A stretch of DNA of 63,984 nt, counting the filler, from Choristocarpus tenellus KU-1152 (Eukaryota; Protista; Phaeophyceae), in NCBI GenBank assembly GCA_964200185.2. It is 12 parts of 12 records of this genome, joined end to end, with 100 filler letters (N's around TTAATTAATTAA, not from the genome) between each part and the next. Parts side by side here need not be neighbours in the genome. Positions count along the whole stretch, not along the records: positions 34,056 to 52,505 come from CAXNAD020000549.1; 11 more parts are not named here. One strand, given 5' to 3'. The position numbers and the translations under genes are program-made. Below, piece by piece: positions 39,834 through 52,600 of the stretch. The first letter of the stretch is position 1. Each line of letters starts with the position of its first letter. The notes under the pieces were generated by a model. It worked only from the letters and a program-made list of their open reading frames with translations, did no database searches and was not told where the DNA came from.

Positions 39834-40655
39834 ATGAATCACGATGGTGAGACAAGGAGAGCCGCCGAGGCCACTCTGCCCCCTCGATCTACCGTCGGCA
39901 CCTTCTCTGTCGAGAGACAATGGATAAGCAAGTACTGTGTGACACTCAGTTCGATTGTAGGTGACGAGAGGGTGTGTACTGTGTCGCAGCAGCATAATCA
40001 AATCGAAAAATGGATCACAGGGCCATGACGCTGACGCTAAGAGAAGATGCATTGAAAGCATTACCACACAAATGTTGGATCTTCAACCACGTCGGAGCAC
40101 TGCTCTGCAGTCTCTGCTGCCTCGGGAAAACAGGAAGAGAGTGGCGAGTCCATCATCAGGTGGCACAGTGACGAAGTATAAGGGGAAGCCTGGTCACGGC
40201 AGGCGAAGGGAGAAGCAGAGTGACCGCCTGAAGGGAAGTTTGGCGAAGGGAGCAGTGCGACTGCGTGCCATTGCGCTCAGGAAACGCCTAAGTGAAAAAT
40301 CGGGTTTAGAATATCTTAGTAGTCAACAGCTGCATCAGGCCCTGACTGTTTGGAAACTGTGCGAGTCAGAGTCACTTAAGGAAACGAGAAAGAAGGTGTT
40401 AGGGTTAGGCTAGAAGGACTCTGAAGACCGAAAGAAGGTCAAAAGGGCTCGCAAGGTGGAGGAGAAAGCGATCGTAACAAAGGCAACTGTGGAGACTTTT
40501 CGATACCACCAAATCCTTTACTTAGAATAGGTTGTGAAGCAGGTACAGGTAGCCATCGATGAGGACGTCAGGGAAGAAGAGGAGGTGAGACTGAGACTAT
40601 TTGCACACCAATGGTTTGGTGTCTCCCACTTCTTGCAAGATGCCGTACATTCACC
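39834..40655 (+). repeat. Copy 1 of a dispersed repeat carrying a decayed orphan ORF
   Basis: 40098-40655 aligns colinearly with 48573-49126; the reading frame extends upstream to ATG 39834. Confidence 0.85.
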
Positions 40656-41209
40656 CTTGGGGCAACACTCAGTTTATGATCTCATAGAGGAATGATCCAA
40701 TCAAAGCGACCAAAACGCATTTTTTTAGCCCCACTAAATGTGCTGAAGATGGTTTGAATTTGCTGGTCACCTTTGGGTGGCGATACTTGTTTTTCGCATT
40801 TTTTGTTTTTGATAGTAAATTTCATTTTGCACATACTGATTTTTGTAGTGGACTTTTCTTATCGCCATTAGACAAAATACCATAATGAGCTTCATTTTGC
40901 GCACTCTAGTGTGTACATATTCAAAATGGTAAAATGAGGACACAGCCCAAAGACTGATCTGAGTATCACCCACCACAATTGGACCAGTCAGGAGGGCACA
41001 CAGTACGCCGAATTACAACAAGGTGATACATAATGCTCCTGTATGCAACCAACTGATAGTGGGGTCTGCTTGAGAATTGTTATCTTCACATGCAGGAAAA
41101 CCGTGTGATCTTTTGCCGCAATTCGCGTTCAGATCCCCTGAGGTACCTTCACTCTCTCTCAAGGCATTTAGTGCTCTGACATGTCGCTGTATTCCCCCCT
41201 TTCCTACAG

Positions 41210-42075
41210 GATGGCTTCGAATAGGGAGGTTGGACTTTAGACAGTTCATCCACAATGCAATTTCTTCGATTGAAATCTTATTTGGCTTGCTGGGGCTGGC
41301 TTCCTCTGTGTACGATCCCTGGGTTGGAGACGAAACGGTTTCCATATATGTTACCACGGCAGGTGTTCCGTTGCTGTGCCTCATCGCTGGCATCATGCTG
41401 TTGGAGGTGGTGCTCGTGTCCAATTATGACCTTGATACAACTACACTCACGATTATACTCTTTGCTGCAGGAGCCACCACCCCTGTCATTGTCCGTGCCA
41501 GCTGGTCAATAGTTGACATAGGGGTGACATTCTTTGACGTGATTCACGCAAGCTACACAAGTTACACCACAAGTGCAGGGGAAGGTAACAAATAGGGAGG
41601 AAACGTCAGTCAACTCAGACCGCCCAATTTTTTTGCCATGTGATATTGTGGCATGGCTACAGCTTACGTGGCACACCTTTTTGGCCCCATCAATACCACC
41701 CTACACAGCTAAGATATCCTGAGCCTTTGGCCACAACGTGGAGAAACTCGTTCATGGCAAACCAGTATACCCTCGCGTCAATGAGGGCCAGTGGGATTGG
41801 ACCTGGGGTGGCTGGGCGGCTCGGATGAAAGCCCTGTTGAATATTTTGGTGGTGAACATGTTGGCATTTGTGGTTCTAATACTTCAAGTCATAACGACTT
41901 TTGGAGATGACAGGAGTTTTGGGGTGGGGTGTGTTTGGGTCACTCTCACTATTGCAGCACACAAAAAAACACCGTCTGAATCACCATCGGAAGTTTCTCC
42001 AGATCACCTTGTTTCTCAGGGGCACATTCTGCTGCGAGACTTGGAAGCAAGATAGATACAATTGGCAGGAGAATG
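41210..42075 (+). pseudogene. Frameshifted exon of a multipass membrane protein
   Basis: ttcctacAG acceptor; several hydrophobic helices in ORF 41077-41595 and a continuation in ORF 41738-42055 (KALLNILVVNMLAFVVLILQVI) in other frames. Confidence 0.5.
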
Positions 42076-42878
42076 ATAAGCCGTGTTCTGAAAACACCAA
42101 GAGTTATGGGATTGTGCTGCCAAGGGCCTTAACCATCAGCATCAGGAGAAGGCAAAATGTTCTGCCTGCTGTAAGAGTAGCCTAGCCTTGATGATGAACA
42201 CATACTTAGGAGGTTCTGATCTCAACTGAGAACCAATTTGTTCATTGAGAATGGATGGTTATTGGCGATTTTTATACCTTACCGGTCATGTCGTTTAAAA
42301 CAATTGTTCGCACCCCTGAAAGCTGACGATCTCACGAATCGATCAGTGATATATTTTTACGGAGTTTTCGTCGTGGAGTTACATTGTCCCACAAGGTCCA
42401 AGAAAGAGGATGCAAAAAAAGACCAATATTAACATTGTTGCTCCAGAAGAATGCTTCGTACGTATCCGCAATTCAACAAAAGTACTTGTCGCTCATGTTG
42501 TGGTTGATTGCCAGCAATGTGAGTGTCTGAGAATGGTGTACTGTACTGCAGTACCAGTTCACTCCTAATGAGATATACATAGTATACATACATATACCAA
42601 GAGTGGTGACCGGCAATGAGTGCATAGAGAGAGAGAGATAGCTAGGGGGCACTTTCTGCTTGATCCAAGACTTGAAAGAAAGTTTCTGATTGGCCAAACT
42701 CTTAAGACGAAAAGACCGTTTGAAAGAACCAGTTTGGTCAATGGATGACTGTGATTGGTTACTGAATATGAAGTCATCTGATATTCATCCAAAAAAAATG
42801 GTAAAATCAACACAGTACAGTGCATTGGAGGGCACCTTTTGCTGCTGGTAAATTCATATTCAGATATTGGTTCATATA

Positions 42879-42933
42879 GCCTCAAAGTATGTGGGGGGGG
42901 TAGAGGCTGTCCATTTTGGGTCCATTTTTCCGT
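42879..42933 (-). mobile_element. MITE family B end fragment abutting a family A copy
   Basis: gcctcaaagtatgtgggggggg...gctgtccattttggg. Confidence 0.65.
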
Positions 42934-42944
42934 TGCAATACAAT

Positions 42945-43191
42945 GAGTGAAAGTATCTTAGAGGGTAGGAGTTTTTCCCTGTCTGTCCATTTGGGGCTCG
43001 GCTTCCCACGTGATTTTTATGACGTTTTATCTACTCCAAAATGTTTCGGAGTAGGCAAAATATATACGTTGTGAAAAGGAGTGTCCGGAACAAGGATATC
43101 GGCATCTCCTAAAAAATTGATAGCCAAAATTGCAACATTGGATTTTGGTCCCCAAATGGACGTGGCTCTAGCCTCTAAGATACTTTGACTC
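42945..43191 (+). mobile_element. MITE family A copy
   Basis: Colinear with 4387-4644; both TIRs present. Confidence 0.9.
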
Positions 43192-44689
43192 AATTGTAAT
43201 GACAATATTCGAGTTCTATCTGTTTTTCGTGATAATTTACGATTTACAAAATTGTGATTGCACATATTTAATTATTATACACTTCAAAGTATTCATTCCA
43301 CCTTTTTAGCACATCCATGTGATTTTCTTGGACCTTTTTTCAGAAATGTGCAAGCTAATCGACTAGCGTTTCGATACCTGGATTCTCTTCCAGGATGCAG
43401 AAAAATGTATCTCCTTCGATGCCTTTGTCTTGCTATTTGTCCGGGTGTTGATGGCATTTCGCCCTGCTCTCCTTCTCCACACCCCTCTCCACCAAAAAGA
43501 CGACCTGGGCCCCACAATTGTATTTAACCTTGTCCACTACACAACTGCAACTGTCCAGGCTGGCCTCAGAAGTAGCCCCATCACCACCTGCCAACCCACC
43601 CTCATCAACCACCACTCCATACTCCACACAAAGCCTGGTCTTCATCATGACCTTTTCCCCAGCGGCTCTTAAGGCAGCTTCCCTGGCACCCCGCCGGTTC
43701 TTTATTATCCTCAGGTCTGACGGCGGCCCCAGAGTCACCCTTCCTCAGCTCGGTTACAGGAGTTGACCCTGTCTTGGATGTTCTCTTTGGGGGCGCATTT
43801 CCTCGCCACAGGAAGAACTGGTAGCGTAGGGGACTGAGGGGTTGAGTCCCAGGAAAGTGAAACGTTGGGAAATGTGGCCAGGCCAGGAGGGTCCTCGACA
43901 GGGGGGGGGAAGTGGGTGAAGTTGGAGTCAATGGTGGGGTGGAAGCTGTGATGGGATCATTCACTGATCACACAGTGGGGATGGTGGGTTCTGCATCCCC
44001 TGACCCACTGTGTGATAGAGGTGTCGCCACAGGATCGTTACTGCTTTCATGCTGTGGCGTGTGTTGCCAGAGATATGGAGTAAGGGGGAAGGGGGGGGGG
44101 TGTAGGAGGACAGAAAAAAAGTGTGTAAGTAAGACATCAGATTGAATGACATAACATTGACTACAGCTCAATGTGGTTTACTGTATAGTATATGATACAA
44201 ACGCCCAACACTCTGAAGAGAATGGTGTCCCATAAGGCGAATCACTTGAGTTTGCGATTCTTGTAGTCTTGTGTTGGATAGGATAGGGGCAGGTCTGTCT
44301 CTCACTGTCAAAGTTTCCTAGGACCACCACTTTCCATCTTCCAGTCCTGCTCAGGTATGCTGCCTGGCTTCAATGCCAAACAACGAGTCATCTTCAATTA
44401 CTAATCACTACTACTAATCCAACTGCGCCAAGCATCAGCAAGTGCATACAAGATAAGGTGGCATGAACACCCCCTCCCCCCCCCCCACACACAGTCAAGT
44501 CATCAAGGGCAAAGGTATAAACAAGGACGAAGTGCTTTTGCCCATAGAAACGCAATCAAACAATATTCCCAAACACATTGGACACACGCACCCTTCACCT
44601 ATCACACAACAAGGGCCTGACCCGCTCACCTTCTAGAACATAGAGTCAACGTTGCTGATCTTGCTGTCAGAAAGACCTCAAGACTAAAT

Positions 44690-44948
44690 TAACCAAAGTA
44701 TCTTAGAGGGTAGAGTCAAGTCCATTTGGGGGTCAAAATTCAGTGTTGCGATTTTGATGTAATTTTGGCTATCGTCTTTGTTAGGAAGTGTCAATATCCT
44801 TGTTCCGGACACACCTTTTAATAACGTATACATTTTACCTACTCTGAACCATTTTCGATTAGGAAAATGTACTAAAATAACCCATGGGAAGCCAAGTCCC
44901 AAAGGGACAAATAGGGCAAAACTCGTACTCTCTAAGATACTTTCACTC
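44690..44948 (-). mobile_element. MITE family A copy inside the kinase pseudogene
   Basis: Reverse-complement match to 4387-4644. Confidence 0.9.
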
Positions 44949-45391
44949 AATGGGGTGGCTCCTGGACTCATACAGGTGGTAGTACCTCTCCAGCGTTGAC
45001 CTGCTCAATCCTCAAGGAAACGATGTACCGGAAAATCGGTCCGCTTAATAATTAATCAATCCGAATAGTGCACCAACACGTGATATGTTGTGTGTGTCTG
45101 TGTGTGTGTGCATGTGTGTGAAGATATCCATCCATGACAGTTCAAAAAAACAATTAGGTCGAGCTGGTCGGTGCTTGTTGATGATTTCGACCCTTTTTAT
45201 TATATCCTTATTATTATTATTTACGCAGAAGGAGCACCGTCCAACAACAACAAAAAAATGATTCCACACAGTCAAGTCAAGAAAAAACAAATATCAATCC
45301 ATATGTGGGATCAAGAGCATTCCCGCCCCTCCTGCCCACAACAGCTGTATCTCACAAACAAGAGCAAATTTTCGAGGCTTGAAATACTCAC

Positions 45392-45552
45392 TCCGCATTC
45401 TCCAATGTAAGAGTAGACCATTTATGATCCACAGTGTCCAGTTCAGGCACCTCAACACACTGGACGAAATCGTTGCTTCCCTCGAAAATCCTGGCGATCC
45501 CCTCCTCCATGTTCATTTCCTCCATTGTCGCCAATGAAACCTTGACCACTAC
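45392..45552 (-). CDS. Kinase subdomain II-V-like exon (VVVKVSLATMEEMNMEEGIARIFEG...LTLENA)
   Basis: Pyrimidine tract plus gAAG acceptor, GTGAGT donor, open frame. Confidence 0.55.
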
Positions 45553-48500
45553 CTTCAAAATGGTGACACAATTATGAGAAGAAGAGGACAGAGAGAGTGG
45601 GTTAAGCACAGACTACCGCCAGTATTTGCAAGAATCTCCAGGCAATGCAAGTAGGTCACAAAACACAATCTTTTTTCCTAAAGAGTCGCAGCTTGTTTTT
45701 TCTTAGGCTTGGAGGCCGTGACAGAAACTAATGTAAGTAGGGCAATGGCCATGTGACAAAATCTCATCCAATGTACCTTGTCCCTTCAAGAACCCAACTC
45801 TTCCTTTACGTACTTACATATGCCTACATCCCTACATACATACCGATAGCCAACAACTCCAGAAGTAAACCAAACGTAAAACAGATCCAGAGCCCCTTCC
45901 GGCACGGGGAGTAAGGATGTAAGACATCGACAAACCCAACTTGCTCCCAGCTAACAGACACCCTGACCGACCCCCGATCTTCGAGAACAGACAAGACCTG
46001 CCTTTGTGTGTTGAGGTCAATAACAACAATAATGATAACAGTAACAATAAACATTACTCTCTGAAACCTCGTCCTGCAGATCAGAGGGTCTGTATACTGT
46101 TCCTAAGATAAGAGATCTCACATCACCGGCCAGGCCACCAACCACTGACAGAGGAAGTTTCCTCGCATTTTATGCAACACCACGAAATTCCACGCCCACA
46201 CACTCAGACAGCATCAACCAGGCAGTGTCCCTCAACTCTTCCCAACCCACCTTTGGTTTAGTGCGCCATTCAAATCTAACTTAGTGCACATTTTAAATCT
46301 AACTCCAGATAACATAGTCCAGCCTCGATTGCCATTCCTTCACACTCAAGACTCTCCACGGGATTTTGTGAAGCATTCTCCTTTTGCCCTGTCTTGTAGC
46401 ACCCGTTCCTTCTCCTGGACATGACTGTAGCAGGGAAGACATTGGCATGACCTCCTTGTCATCCATCAGAACGGATTCGTTCCTGAACCCATATCTCAGG
46501 ACATGCATTGCGTGATCCATCATGGAGTGCCTAACATCCGGTCGCCCGTGTCAACTTCATTATCACTCATCTCCCCAGCATCACCCTCCTGCGCCAAAGG
46601 GGAGGGTAGTGGAAGGTAAAGGTTAAAAGGTTGGCAAAAGGTTCAAAGTTTTTTTTGGTACCACGAACAAGAAGAACCAGCTTTATGTTTTCCAGTTGGG
46701 TACAAAATTGGGTACTGGTTTTTGGCATTACCTTTGGTTGGATAATACACAAGCCCTGCTCACACTATTTTTCTATTACTGTGTAGCTGTGTGAGTGTGT
46801 GCTCTGTTGGGACTCTGCAGAGGACATGATCTGGAGATGTCATATACATGTATAAATATATAAATATATATATGAGTGCTGTTGCGAAATTTCCTGAACA
46901 GTCCTGGATTGTACCAAGACAGGTACGGGAACAGTAAGGTCCAGAATCGGTTCGGATGGACCTCTATGGTACAGGTGGGACTGGGCTCAGCTGAAGATGC
47001 CGTTGCGTTGAATTGGGGGAGGTCACATTGAACAATCACATGTCCTAAGACACAAGAGTGGGCTAACCCTAACACTAATGTGTGATAACCTCAACAGAGT
47101 ATCAAGAGCATTACTACCGCCACCACCAGCATTGCAAGGTTGGGATTTTGTAAAACATGGATGGGCATGCCCGAGCTCTTCTCCATCATGTCTGGGAAGA
47201 GACAGGAATGAGGAGGAAAGGACTACTACGTATGATTGTTTAACACACTCAGACAACACCCTTCCCTTTCAAGACATTTCCTTGCGACAAGGAACAGAAC
47301 AGATCTTGCGAGGCAAGCTGATCATACGCCTCTTTTCTACACCAACTCCAAATCCCCTTCCTCAACGTCTACATCCATCCGGTTATAGGGAACAGCTCAA
47401 GGCCAAACACCCCCACCTCATCGCTGCTAGCTGTGCAGTTGTTGGCGCCCCCATCACCCCCTGCCCATGAGTTCAAAACAGATGCAGCTGGGATGCCCTT
47501 CATCACCAAAGTTGGGAGACTTCTGGGGTGGTGGAGGTAGCAGAAGGGATTTAGGTATAGCCTGTGTCAGAGGTGGGGGGTGGGGGAGAGGCTAACTGAT
47601 GTTGAAATCGGTGAAAGAACTTGTTTCTGAATGTGTCTGTCTCTATGCCTCCTGCCATTCCTATTCTGATGAGCACTCATAGGTTGGTGTCTTGTTTCGT
47701 CAAGTACACATCTAGCACGGTATATATTTTTTGTTATCAGTGCCTAGAAATCTATTGGCGCGATGAGAGGTGTTACATCTACCCAGATCACATGCCATCA
47801 ACAGCATCTTTAAGTTCTTAGACACTGACCTCAACTACTCCGTTCAAAAAAATACATCTTCCGACAATACAAAATATTTCAAGTATTGGGAACAGGATTT
47901 TGTGCTATCCGAAGGTATGTGGGAGGCACTGGGTGGATTTCTCATACAAGTAAAATAATCAGACACAGTGTTGTAACCAATTTCAGAAATAGACTTCAAC
48001 ACCACGTGTGACCGTGAAACTATGAGCAAGGGTCACACACACACCATGATACTCGTACCATCACCTCGCACTCGCCACATGCGCAGGACATCCGACTATT
48101 AACACAATATGAAAATATCAATGGTTTGCGTGCTACATTACATAGCGGCATGGTTGGCACCCACCCACCCAGAAGGGTGGGTGCAAAAAAACGCTCCTCT
48201 CTACTCATCTGACTCTCTGCCATTCCCCTTGCCCACTTATACGGTGCGACCCCCAGGTGGTTGAGTTCCAATTGTGTAATCTATATGGGACAATCAAAAA
48301 GGGTTTGACCTTAGTACGAGGTCTAAATGTCCACCAATTACAGCATGGAGGAAATTGTGCAAGCAGTGGAGGCATCTGCAATGCTTCAATGCCCTCATGT
48401 GTAATTCTGTTCACTATCCCCTCCATGTCCCCAAAAATGGTACTAACTGCACTGCACGTGACAACAACATGGTCAGGACACCCTTTTTGAAGGTAGGGCA

Positions 48501-48572
48501 GGCTTACACAAGCAGCAAAGGTCCTGGAAATTTCGTCTCACATGCCTCATTGGCTCCTCAGACAACTTGGAT

Positions 48573-49600
48573 CACTGCTCTGCAGTCTCTGCTGCCTCGG
48601 GAAAGCAGGAAGAGAGCAGCGAGTCAATCACCAGGTGGTACCGTAACGATGTCTATGAGGAAGCCTGGTCACGGCAGGCGAAGGGAGAACCAGAGTGGCC
48701 GCTTGAAGGGAAGGTTGGGGAGGAGCGCAGTGCAATTGGGTGTTATTGCGCTCAGGAAGTGCCTAAGTGAAAACCCGGGTGTAGAATATCTCAGCGACAG
48801 TTGCAGCAGGCCCTGACTGTTTGGAAACTGTGTGAGCCGGACTGGCTTAAGGAATCGAGAAAGAAGGTGTTAGGGTTGGGCTACAAGGGCTCTGAAGACC
48901 GAAAGAAGGTCAAAAGGGCTCGCAAGGCGGAGGAGAAAGCAATCGTAACAAAGCGAGCTGTAGAAAATTTTCGATATCATCAAATCCTTTACTTAGAATA
49001 GGTCGTGAAGCAGGTGGAGGTAGCCATCAACGAGGACGCCAGGGAAGAAGAGGAGGTGAGATTGAGACTATTTGCACACCGATGGTTTGGTGTCTCCCAC
49101 TTCTTGCAAGATGCCGTACATTCACCTTTGTTCCTGGACTTAGGGTTGGACGTATAAAGTTGATTAAGACTTTCTACCCGCCAGCATTCATTCGAGAAAT
49201 CAACACAATTTTCGAAAAACTCAAGCCTGTACTCCCTCGTCCTTGCGCCTTGATAATAAAATATCACCCGCCCAGGAAACACGGACAACACCCATTTCCA
49301 GCGCTCAACAATGAAATGTGATAGTAAAGACTCTAACACTGCGAATCCTGTACCGGTTTAGGAAGACGGGAAAGACCGTCAAACGACGCTTGAGATGGCA
49401 GCAGGATATGTGATGGTCAGGTTGGAAACTATGAGTAAATGGGAGAGAGATTTCCTAAGGACCGCATCAAGGTGTTGGAGCAAGGGCGCTACGAGAGGCT
49501 TTTCGTTCAGGACCTTGACGAGGACACCTTGCCGAGTTCAAAGAGTGGGTTCGCGAGCATACAGGAAGAAAGGGTGGGAAGGCTTTATTCCCACCTAAAC
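48573..49600 (+). repeat. Copy 2 of the dispersed repeat with decayed orphan ORF (retains the 3' continuation)
   Basis: Aligns with 40098-40655, then continues with protein-like frames (RIKLIKTFYPPAFIREIN...GRYERLFVQDLDEDT). Confidence 0.8.
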
Positions 49601-52600
49601 CCTATACTTTAATCAAGTAATAGTGCATCTGTTGCCACACTTGGTGACCTACAATCCAGGGTTCGAACCCCAATATGAGCCCTCTTTCTTAAAAAACGAA
49701 GTGGCGAAAAAAACGAAGCCCGTACTCTGAAGGGCCTTGTGACGGGCATCACGAATATGCTTTATTTTTTTAATTCGATGTCTACATCAAAAGGTATGAT
49801 GGGCAAACCCCAGAGGGTGAAGCTACTGTACCACTATATTCGTGAGGGAAGAGAGATAAACATGTAAGGCAAAGAATATAACAAACATGACAGGGACAGG
49901 GTTTGTATATTACTCGCTGGGGAGTACTTCATGCCACTTCACATTTTGGTATATTTTTATGTGGGGGAAGGAAGTATCTAATGCACACAATCAAGCTTCA
50001 AATACACCAACAGCGGCGAAAAATATATCATAAAACCTACTCCAGTAATTCGAAATACAAAGTAATATTTCCAAGTACGTATCAACGAAGGTACAGTGGT
50101 CATATAGTTTTGGGTCCCTCTTTCACCCCTGCCATTAGGCACGTAACCTCCTCTGAAACTTCAACATTAAAGAGAAGGGAAAGGGTCCTTAGCCAGGATG
50201 CCTTCCGTCAGCCCTTCCCTCGTGTGGTGAGGATACAACGACTCACTGACAGTCTTACACCATGCGCTAAAATGATAGGATGTAAAGAAATTTCTTGTGC
50301 AAAGCTCGATCACTGGTCTCCTGGGAGGGTTAGTAGAGACAGCTGATGGGTTCTCTGGAGTTTTAAGTTTTTATCTTGCATAGCCTATCTAGTAGTCCAC
50401 GGGAATACTTGATCATTTCTCCATAATATTATCAATTTCTGTTGCGATTCTAGATGGGGGATGTTCTCAACTACTCCTCAAAAACATTTTTTTCTGAGGA
50501 TGAGTTATCGTTATGGGTCGAGAAATGATCTGATTGAATCAAGCAACAACACGTCCTATGATGTCCATAACGTTGCCTAGTACATACAGCATTATGACCA
50601 TCTCCATCGGGGGGATATGCACCACTGACTGGCACCCGCCAGGAAATGAATTGAAGATGTTTTCTCGAAAAATGTGTGATTTGGGAATGGATCATGTCTC
50701 TTGTCTTGCGTTGATTTCATCAAAAACTCAATCAACCCACATTTATAGGCATTGCATTGGTTCATGGACAGATGCATGGTAAAGCACGGCAAACGCACCC
50801 ATACACTATGTGATATAGATTTACACGCGCGCATGAGCGCGCGCACACACACATAGGTAGAATATTACATTGGAGCTGTGCACTCATATTGATGTCGGCT
50901 CTTCCTTCTCAATTCTTACCGTTGGCAACACCCATGAAGAGTATAAAGTGTTGTGATCACTCTGGTGAGACTGAGCGGATAGCAGGAGTAGGTTGCCTCA
51001 ACTTCCAACCGGTTGTTCACGATCCAGAGGTGCGTATCTCGTCTGGGGTATGATCTCACTCAGGGCAAGGTAAGATAAACAATATCTCACATCCTCATCG
51101 GGAACCTGGGGTTGTGCCACGATCCGGGTGGAACAGGACTCTTGGGCTGTTCCCCGCTGTCCATCTAAGAAAAAGTATTTATCCTCAGAAAATCTTGTTT
51201 GAGTCACCAGGTTGGTGTAGTTGTGAGGTAAATTAGGCACGAACGGGGGGAAGGAACGAAAACAAATGGTGGGGAAAAAATCGTGGATTGGATAGGCAGA
51301 GACAGAACGGACGCACATTGAGGAAGATTAGCACTAGGGAAAAAGTAACTCATGGTGATGCCTACAATGCGATACAACAAGGCGGGGGGGTTCCAGAACA
51401 GGGAAGATGCACCCTGGGTCTTGTTAAAATTGTGGTATAGTCTGACAAGATGATGAGACAACGTTTGTATGCTGGTAGTGAGGACCCTCTGACTTCAGGA
51501 AACTAGAATAACAATTGGTGTGTTCTCCTCTTTCAAGTGAACATGGATTGCAACCACGAGATTAAATAATTTTTGAAAGATGATAAACTGGATGGAGTGG
51601 TTGCGCTTCTGCTTTGATTGCAAGAGGTCAGACAGTTGGTCTCCTGAGGTTCCCTTTAGTTACACCTTCGAGTCCGCAGTGAGGAAACCAAGTCCAATCT
51701 CGAACCTCTGTACTCAATCAGCACTGGGAATTCGATGTCATCAGTGAACCTCAAACTAGGCTGTTACAGAAGGCTGTGGTTCTCAACCAGTCCCATTGTT
51801 GTTCCATATCTGAACCTGGACTCCTTGGTGTAAGCAGTTTCGTGGATTATGAGATCTCCGAAAAGTTGGGTATAAACTAATTTATATTTATCTATTATAT
51901 ACCTACAAAATACTTCATATATAGTAACTTATATCACACCTTGCACATTTTCCTAAAACTAAACGCGCGATACTCGCCGTATATATATATAAGAAAACAG
52001 TGAAACATAACATGGAGGGAGAAACGACATTTACATCAGTAGTGGAAAAGTCTATAATTCACTTTGAGTCAGTAGTATGCCATGGCCCTCAACCCATTTA
52101 ACCCCCACATTCTCAACTGATCATGATACTGGGATCCATCCTATGTTTATACTACTACTCTTTATGCAATTAATATTGTTGTATCGCTATTTTAACAATT
52201 GACTCTTCAAATTATATCGTACACAATACAGAACTCATGGGACTCATAACTGGTGGCACCCCTTACTCTTCCTATAGTGGTAAATCCTACTCGTGAAAAA
52301 AGAAAATCGGATTCCTTTCAGTCCTGCGTGTTGTTGTACTACCTCTGTGCCATAAGTTTGTGCCGCGAAACATCTGGGCTGGCCACGCGAGAACGGCGCC
52401 GAATCGGACGATAACCCCACGTAATGAGATCGGATTGATAATCTCAGCTTTCAGAAAAGGTGGTGGTCGAGGATCATCAGGTACAAACTCGAGGTGCTTC
52501 AAGCCNNNNNNNNNNNNNNNNNNNNNNNNNNNNNNNNNNNNNNNNNNNNTTAATTAATTAANNNNNNNNNNNNNNNNNNNNNNNNNNNNNNNNNNNNNNN

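Larger units (their letters stand above)
44213..46588 (-). pseudogene. Decayed multi-exon protein kinase gene
   Basis: Exon 45997-45844 (YILTPRAGRGSGSVLRLVY, Gly loop) splices in phase to 45552-45392 (VVVKVS...EEGIA...LTLENA). Exon ~44391-44213 gives frameshifted LKPGSI and VVLGNFDS (subdomain VIb/VII-like). Stops occur in the upstream exon ~46588-46304. Confidence 0.6.

Noticed and set aside
39834-40655. Fanzor/TnpB-like nuclease
   Set aside because: No RuvC D-E-D motifs or CxxC zinc finger in any frame read.
49615-49685. tRNA or SINE head (GGTTCGAACCC B-box)
   Set aside because: No convincing A-box or cloverleaf; at most a decayed SINE fragment.
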